Assembly: GCA_051294905.1 (NCBI GenBank)
Contig: CM119378.1
Coordinates: 9,238,001-9,302,000 of the forward strand
DNA: 64,000 nt
DNA from: Botryllus schlosseri
Taxonomy: Eukaryota
Direction: 5' to 3'
The translations under genes were made by a program, and so were the position numbers. Shown here in pieces: positions 49,201 to 58,200 of the stretch. The notes under the pieces were generated by a model. It was not told the DNA's origin. It made no database searches and saw only the letters and a list, made by a program, of their open reading frames with translations. The number at the start of each line of letters is the position of its first letter. The stretch's first letter is position 1.

Positions 49201-52200
49201 TGTTAACATGACAATGGAACCATTCCGAAGTAGCCGTCAAGGCCGCGTGTTCCTAACAATGGTTGGTTAGTTAAAGCAAAGCTACTTCATTCGAAACCAT
49301 ATTTATACTCGTGTCTGGAACTTCATCTGACCATTGGTGTTTCAATTGAGAGCTGTGCGAGGAGCTTCTCAAAGCTCAAACTGATTAAGTCGTATTTACG
49401 TTCTGCCATGACTGATGATCGGCTATCAGCTCTATCGATAGCAGTGGTTCTCAACCTTTTTGTCTTCGCGGACGACTTTTGGACCGCCGCAGACCCCCGT
49501 GGACCCCCTCAAGTTTTCGTTCAAAATTAGCTCAATTATCGTGCAACCTTCAACTGTCTCGTGCAAACATTGATTTTAGGTTGGTAATAAACAGCCAGAA
49601 AATGAATTTTATTCAAAATAACATCACACTATGTGTCGAAATTTGGTAGACTTTTAATATTTCGAAACGAATTTTTCACCTGTATTTATTGTCTTGAAAA
49701 TTCTCGTATTTGATTGGATATGAACGAGTGGCGAAAGTCCATTTCCACAAAGATAAATTGGTGGCGAATGTAATATTAACGCGTAACGCTTGCGACGATA
49801 GCTTTTGGTGTGTGTTTGTAATGAACATATCATGTCCACGCAGCCTATAGTCATTTCTATCTAGCATCTCATCTTGAAGGTATTTAGTGGTTATATCACA
49901 CAAGAAAATGGATTTCGTGGCGGCGTCGTTTCAATTCCTTCATTGGGACAGATCAGGAAAAATGTTCAGGAACTTCTATTTCAAACGAAAGTTATACAAA
50001 TTTGCTGCGACTGACAACTGCAAATCCAAATTGCTATCTCCAACATTTAATTTTTCAGAAACCTTAACAAAACATTTATAAACAGCAACATATGTTTGTA
50101 TCGGCATGCCATTGGTAAGTTGACAATAAAATGAGTTTGCATTGTCGGATATTTCATCTCAGACGACCATTTTAATGACGTGAGTCCTAAAGTTTTAGTA
50201 ATTATGAAGCGAAGCGAAAACTGTCTCATGCTTTTCCTAATTAAAAAAAATGTAAATTAGGTTACCAATGACTTTACAATGACAAGAGGCTTCGCAGACC
50301 CCCTGAAAATGCTTCGTGGACCACCAGGGGTCCGCGGACCCCCGGTTGAGAACCACTGGTCTATAGAAAGAGACTGCGTTCAAAATCTTGAATTTGAGGA
50401 TATTATCGCTGATTTTGCATCGGCAAAGCCCGAAAAGTTAAGTTTTGAGACGGCTATTGATTTTCTATTTGCACAATACCTTCGTTCGCTATTTCTTATC
50501 TTTAATATTTTTGGCCTTATTAACGTTGAGGCGGCGAGGCTGAGACGCGGCATATTACTTGTAATTATTTTTATGAACAAGATTGTTTGAACATGAATCT
50601 ATATTGATATTAGCAGCGGTCTACTTAGGGGGCGGCATTTTAGGCGAGAGCCAGGGGCGGCAGCACATGCTGCTACGCCAGTGGCCACACCATGATATTT
50701 TCTAAATTGGGGTGTTCCCATATCAATACAATCATTTTTATCCCATGATGCGGATGAATGCTTATGCTGTTCAAAATTGGATACCTCCTGGTATGCATCA
50801 ATATGAATCAGGCTCTGCATCTTTCGCATAGCTCAATTTGCAGCTTTTGGCGATCCATGCGACCTAATTTCGATACTTTTCACAACTATACTTACTTACG
50901 TGAGTTGATTGAAAGTCAGTCAGTTCAACTTCTACTTCAATAAGTTTTAAGTTGCTTATGGAGGAAGTACTTCTACTCGTACTTGAGTAGATTTTTTCGT
51001 AGCTAATTCTACTTCTACGTGAGTAGATTTCTTGACTTCTTTCACCACCTCTGGTGAACTCAAGTCATACGAAAAAGTTAAAAAGTTAACTCGAGTCTTA
51101 TTAAATAGTTATTCACGTGACTGACATCGAGCTTGATCCACACTGTATATCAGTGGTTCTTGACCTCTGATTTTCCTCCCGCGCCTTTTTCAGAAATTTC
51201 AATGGTCTGGCGCTTCCGATATTTTAAGGATTGTACTAAAAATTATTTCCTTACCTGGTTCGAGCCCAATGTGCACATCTCGAATCTACCTCTCCAATTG
51301 GTGTTGCGGGTATGTTGATAGTATTGGTTGCTGTGGGATTGCTAGTAAATCAATTGAAAATGTGGTTTAGACCTATGCTCACATTGAATTTATTTTGCTA
51401 AAATTGAGGGAATACTGCACCCAGTTCCCATCTTAAACATACGACATACATATACTCCGAACAAACCAACTCAATATTATGTATAACGCAGTGGCGGCTC
51501 GTGACAATATCGGGTGGTGGGGCAAGGGCCGCAAGCGACTTGTTATCAATATGACGTCACAGTAGCGTTTTTCAACGTTCATGATGGCCACATGAATTTC
51601 CCGTAAACAATGATTTTTAACGTAGGTGCCGCGAGAGGTTTGCCGGTGGCGTGACTTGCAGTGCGGTAACAAATGTTTTATTCATTGTTTTTTATTCAAA
51701 TGATTATTTTACAAAATGTACGCGAACTAAGAATCGTTCCCATGCCACGAATCAATCATCAGGTTATCCTTAGTAGCATGCGTTATGATTTCGTGGTAGA
51801 GATTACGCAAGCGCCAAGTTAGACTATACCAAAAATACACAGACCAACTACCTACAAAGAGCATTCGCATGACACCTTGTGGTGTTTTAATCGTTCCATA
51901 CTTCCAATAAAAGACAGTAAAAGCAAAACAAGGCGTTTTTATCCTCGCCATAAGTAAGCCATTCATTTTTATCGAAATGCGCTGAAGAAAAGGCACGAGT
52001 GCGCTTTCCTCCGGCGTACGATTGGATCAATGGGCAATTTCTAGGCTGATACGGACCTAGTCGCTTTACCTCTAATTTTTGCTCTAAAGGCAGCTGGCTA
52101 AACGGCGTACGGAGCAAAGATTCAACACGATTCATGTTCGCACTTGACCTGACTACTTATCTGCAGAAATGGAAATGACTATAAATCGAGAGATTGTGTA

Positions 52201-55200
52201 TGCCTAACTGGAAAGGTCAACGAGTTCGGACACATACGCAATTGTTATCTCATAGATTGGACAAGGAAATGTCATATTGAATCCAAAACATCATTCTGAA
52301 GAACTACGGATAGCAGCCTCGGAAATTCGGTCCCGGTACAGCTTGGGAGATTCTGGCCTTGAGGCTGGAGACTGTCACACGACACATACGGCTTACGGTC
52401 TATAGTGTCTATGTCTGCTGCAAAATCGCCTTCGGAAAATATATTACCGAATAAATACGTGGATGAAAGCCGAAAACTTGGTACACTGTTACATGAAATC
52501 ATCGAGAAGTATAGCTTCATGACCATTTTCGGTATGGTACCAGAGGTGGTCAGTAACGAAGTACTTCTACTTTTTGGAAGTACTCAAGTAGTTTCCCTCT
52601 ACTTCTGGTACTTACTCAAGTAGATCTGATTTTCTCTACTTCTACTTCTACTTCGTAACATTTTGTGATCTACTTACTTACTTTTCGCTATTTTCAGTTT
52701 GTCAAGTAGAAGTAGTTTAATCCCCCAATACGAAAGATAGCCTGAGGAATTTCGGGGTTGTTTTCACGGAGTACCAACATTATTCGTAAAAGTCAAGTAA
52801 AGCCCAGAAATTTTGTTGCGCTTCGCGCACAGTAGCTACGGGGTGACAAATTTGTTTTTCACGAAAGTATCAGGAAATACATCTGAGGTACTGGATTGCT
52901 TGGTTCCGCTCACACCGCATTGTCGCCCATATCAAATATTTCATCATAGTAAATATGGCCCTCCATAACGTTTGAAACTACCGTTTCGCAATCTAGCAAT
53001 CACCTGTCATATCGTAATCTAGCAGCCCACGACGTGTCCTGCTAATCTCGAAAATCCGGCTTTTTTAACGTTACACCTGTTTTAGCAGATCCCCTTTGAA
53101 GCTTTATGGACAAAATAGACATGAAATGTATTTTCCGCTTTTTAGAAGTGATATTTGTATTTCACTTTCAATTCCGAGTATCATACTTTGAGTTCTAATT
53201 ACTTTCAGTTCTTTTGTCTGCAGTACATACATGTTGAAGCACAAAAGCAAATGCCTCTATTTTCCGAAAATAGAGCTACACTAAAAACAAATTTTACGAG
53301 CCACAATACTTTTTATTAACGTATACTAATCGCGCAAAGTGTTGAAAACGTATCCAATACACCTTCTCCGTATTGCTCTTCGCCTAAACTCGAGGCTTTA
53401 TAATATGGGGTATAGGGCGCCATGCCATGATATTCTCTAAAACGGGGTCTTCTAGTAAACAAAGGGTTAGTATTGCCTTTTCGTCTCAATACTATAACTT
53501 GCATCCCATGATGCGAAAGAATGCTTATTCTGTAGAAAATTGATACCTCCTGGGATGCATCAATACGCAATACGCATCAAGCTCTCTGCACCTTCCGTAT
53601 AGCTCAATTTGCAGTTTTTGACAGTTCATGGGAACGAATTAAGACTGTTTTCAAAACTACTTACTTACTTGAGTAGATTTAAAGTCAGTCAATTCTACTT
53701 CTACTTCAAGTAGTTTTGAGTGGCTTATGGAAGAAGTACTTCTACTCGTACTTGAGTAGATTTTTACGTCGCTACTTCTACTTCTACTTGAGTAGCTTTC
53801 TTGACTACTTTGACCACCTCTGTATGGTACACTGTCAAAATTAATACGAACAGATCAACGCCGAATTTTGCGTAATATTTACTGAGGAATCGGCTGATCA
53901 AGCGATCAGCTGTTAGCCGCCATCGAAAACGAAACAGCTATCGCGCTTGACAGGGGTTGTAATTGTGAGCAAATGGCCCGAAGGCCACCATTCCACGGTG
54001 AAATTGACATTGGAGAATATAAAATAAAACTAAATATTTGAATGCAAACCGAGGATGTTAGTAAACTGTTTCATGGTATCATCATCTCATCACCTATCTC
54101 AGTATGGAACACAGATACACCGGCTTTTGCGTGAAATCCGCAATGCGTTAGGTAGGCTAAGTGTCAGATCAGCGCACATCTCTACCATACTCGAACTTAT
54201 TAACGAAATTGCTGCCCTAATCATTGAGTGTCAACCTTGAGACTTGGCACAGCGTTCGATACTAAAATCAAGACATACCATGTAAAAGTTCATGACGGAT
54301 CTAGCTAAGGAGCATCGTTAAAATCAATGGAGACCAATACCGGCTTTGCGTGAAATATGTTTGCGATACATGACCGATCAGCACACACTCGACTTTGGAA
54401 ACGGAATTACTACCCTAAACTTTGAGTAGAAACCCTGAAACTTAGGACAGTGTTAAATACCACCATCACGACATGACATACCAAGTTTCAAGAATTATCA
54501 TGGTGTGAAACACCATCAAAATCGACCTGTACCAGCAACGGTCGACTCAACGCATATCACGGTATCCGAGTTCAGATATAGATACGATTGTTACATCACA
54601 CCTTAGGGGCGAGCAAGCATATTTGCCCCGGTTGCTCGGCCATTTTACGAATAGGAGAGAGTAAAGCAACGTTTCTTAATTGTGCGCAGCTTTGAGAGAA
54701 TAGATAGTGAAAGCTTGTTATGAGCGCTACAGGGGCAAGCCCCGGCTAGGCATTCACAAAGCGAAAACACAGAAGAGAATTCGATTTTCGCGGAGACTTC
54801 GCTATGTATGGGCATTTGCAAGCGAAAGCACAAGAAGAACGCGGGTTTCGCTGTGATCTCGATATATATTGAGCGCTGTGCGTCTATAAATGGTTAAATT
54901 GTTATTGAACAGAATTTTAGGTGGGGCAATGCCCCAGTTGCCCTATAGGACGAGCCGCCACTGGTATAACGTAACATGTGAGGTTATGGGTAACAGCACG
55001 AAAAGAATCATCTGATACCGTACGGGTACGACGAAGAAATATAGTGACGATTTCATCTGTAAGTCTCAAATACAAGGATATAGTATCTCTGCAATATTGT
55101 GGCCAAAACACCGTGACTCTTTCTCTGGTTTCGACACATTGTGTGCTGGGAGATACGATATCTAGTTCGAAACAGTTTGTTTAAAAAACCATCTAGCGTG

Positions 55201-58200
55201 TGCTCACAGAAAATTTGCGATCGCAAAGTAGGGGCCCGTAACCTTCATTCTATACGAATTATGATAACAACCACTGCATGTATGGGAACATTTCAACGCC
55301 CCGCGAGTGTTTCCGCCCCCTTCAAACTTCAAACTCCCCCTGGGGCGCTGGAGTCAAGGTTAAGAACCACTGTGGCACGTTCTATTGGATCTTTGCCGCG
55401 TAGGGCACGTGTGGTAAGATAATAACAAATTGCGGATTATCTGCTTCTGTACTTTACCTTAAAATGTGAAGGTATAGGCCATTTACCAACTGCTACAACT
55501 AACAGTCATAATCATAAGATACTTGCCGCTGGGTCATGTGAACCATTCATGTACCACAGAATGGTAGTCAAGGAATTGATAAACAAACACAAACATTCAA
55601 CTAAAGTTGTTGATCATAATACATAAGTGAAATACCGAGTCCGGAGGCTACTACGAACGAGAAACAGGTGAATAGTACATCTATTTCAAGAGACAAGGAC
55701 AATATAAACGATAGGATTTCCTAATGTCATGTAGGTTACATGCTGTGGAATGCTTATCAGACAATCTTCGAAAACTACCTACGCGTTTCATTACCACAAT
55801 GGGTAGGCAGTTTGGATACGTCAAATAGGCAGTTCATATACATTGTGTATTGTTCGCAACTAGTGGCCTGTGATCACTTAAGGACTCAAATATAGTAAGC
55901 TATTTGACACTCCCTCTTGGTTGGCCCCCTCGAATTTGTAAATTAGATTTTGTGACGTTACATTTCATGTCATTGTGAAATTTCGTTGCACAACTTTCAT
56001 ATACTGACCACGCCCACGCCCATATTTATGTGGCATTCACGATAAATCCAATTTTTCAGAGGTCCGCACGCGATACGGTGGGGACTGATGAGAGATGCGG
56101 CAATAGCTATACCCAAGTTGACAATAAGCACATACAGCATTAATTATTTTGCTCCGATCGGTTGGCAGCCATCTAGTTTATGGCACAGTATTAGTAAATA
56201 ATCGAAGTGGAATCAGCAATATTGTAGTCCGCATTTTAAAATCCGATTATTATTTCGTCGCGAAACAAATCGCGTTTACGTGAGCACGTAATATGGTATA
56301 GCTAATCCTGTGAGAACATGCACAATAATATAGTACTTAAATGAAATTTAGGGTTGGAATTAGCAATATGACATAACGCGACGTCATAGGTTCGTGTTCA
56401 CCCTGCGTTCACATAAAACCTTTGAAAAACGTTCTCGTTCACGCTAACCAGAATCCTTCAAGGGTTCGCACCATCCCTACGAAATAGGTTCCCGACTCAT
56501 GGGCTATAGCTGAATATCTCTATTTATTTGAAGAGCTGCTTGGCGGTACAGAACTTCAATATACAATTGAATAGTATATTAATATTGAAATGAACCCGTT
56601 CACACTTTCATTTGGGTGCCTTGGAGTCGAACTTTATCAAGCCTGTGCCTACAGAAGGAGTTTGTGTACCATCTAAAAATAATACATTGAGCTGAAGCGC
56701 TCTCTCAATCCGCCGTGACGTCCTGCCGGTGACGTCTTATTTTGTGATATGATTGTTGATGTACCATGTTCTTTCCAATTCTCTACTAGTTACTGACGAT
56801 TACCGCCGACGAGTGTCAGTCGAAAATATTCGGTTTCATTTCAATATGAATGTACTATTAAATCTCTATGTATCAAATATAACTCTTGTAAGTCACAATA
56901 AACTGACTGTGAACAATTGAAAAGTGAAAATACCCCCGGCTTTCGTGTGATCCCACCGAGGACCGGTTTCGGCAGTCGGCGTTTCTTCGGATGTTCTGTA
57001 CCATTCGAATTCCGCGCTCGTGTCATTTCTCCATCCGCAGTAGCCAGATTCAAAGTCACATTTGTACCAATCTTTCGATGCCGGGCTTGGCTGGGGAACG
57101 TATACTCGCTCGCTTGTTGTATTCGAACCTGCGAACAGAGAGTTAAACGACTTTCGAACCATTTGATGACTGCAATCACATATAGGCCGCTTTCGTGGCG
57201 GGTCTAAACCCTTCCGTCAACTTTGGCGATCCACAGTACATCCAATACACAGGATAGATATTACACCAAGTACGCAATAGATATTTTCCAATTTTGATGT
57301 GGGTAAAACAAGCCTATATATGTTGCTGATCTCGCGGAAAATTTATACATTCCACTGCATGTTCAAGAATCACTGCAAAGGATCAAACGTTACCTTGTCT
57401 CTTCACTGCTTCCACGCTACTTTGTCCAATGTCAGACGTAAAAAATAGACATGTAACGTATAGCATGCATACCATTGGACTATTTGCAAGCCCCGTCATG
57501 ATATATCTGTAAGGAGATGCAATTGACATAAATTGTCAATCTCGATGACAGTTGCGTGATCGGCACTCCGTGTCTGGGTAAAGAATAAATACTAGTGATG
57601 CCGACTCTGACACCTTAATTGTGTCTTTTTCACATCTCCATCCTCAAATCACCTCAATAATGCAGACGGAAATAAGTCCTCACCCTCACCTTCAGGTCTT
57701 ATGATTACCAAGAGCCCACAATTAGCACTCATCATTTTCCCTGAGTAACACTGTTTACGGAAGAAACATTGCTAACCGAATCTCGTCTAATGGATTACCG
57801 ATAACCGAATCCCAAATTTATATTCCTCCATTCACTTGTTCTGCAGAAATGTCACTGTTCTAATTCCCATTCATTCCACCTATTCAACAATGCTGCGCTA
57901 TTGGCCAAACTTATCGTCAAGTCTAAATAAAATCCTATGCATTCTGGATCTCGCGACGAAACGGGGAAATCGATCATCCATGCGAGAAAGCGGTGTACAT
58001 CATGTCACAAGTCCACTCGGCACACCGTGTGCGACTCACTACGGATATCTTGTGGATACAGTTATCATACTCATTGCTGTAAATTCTGCGTATATGAGGG
58101 TGGATGGGCATCAGTTGGTATGGGTACTCTACTCATATATATATATCGAAAAATGTAGTGAAGAAAAATCTCAAGTTGGATATATCTTCCCAAAAACTAG

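Larger units (their letters stand above)
51489..54963 (-). mobile_element. Internally deleted hAT element, copy 2 (inverted relative to 34150-36559), with a nested insertion
   Basis: TIR CAGTGGCGGCTCGT, exact TSD GTATAACG. Confidence 0.9.

Noticed and set aside
49654-49903. Two ORFs with plausible splice sites as protease exons
   Set aside because: They lie inside a MITE and are not needed to complete MAM1.
54645-54833. ILSKLRTIKK resembling the hAT dimerisation motif
   Set aside because: It lies 5' of the N-terminal zinc-finger remnant (wrong order) and the flanking residues do not match.
56600-56680. GTQTPSVGTG, a MAM-like TPS.GTG motif after an AG
   Set aside because: It lacks the P..DH continuation and reaches a stop within a few codons.
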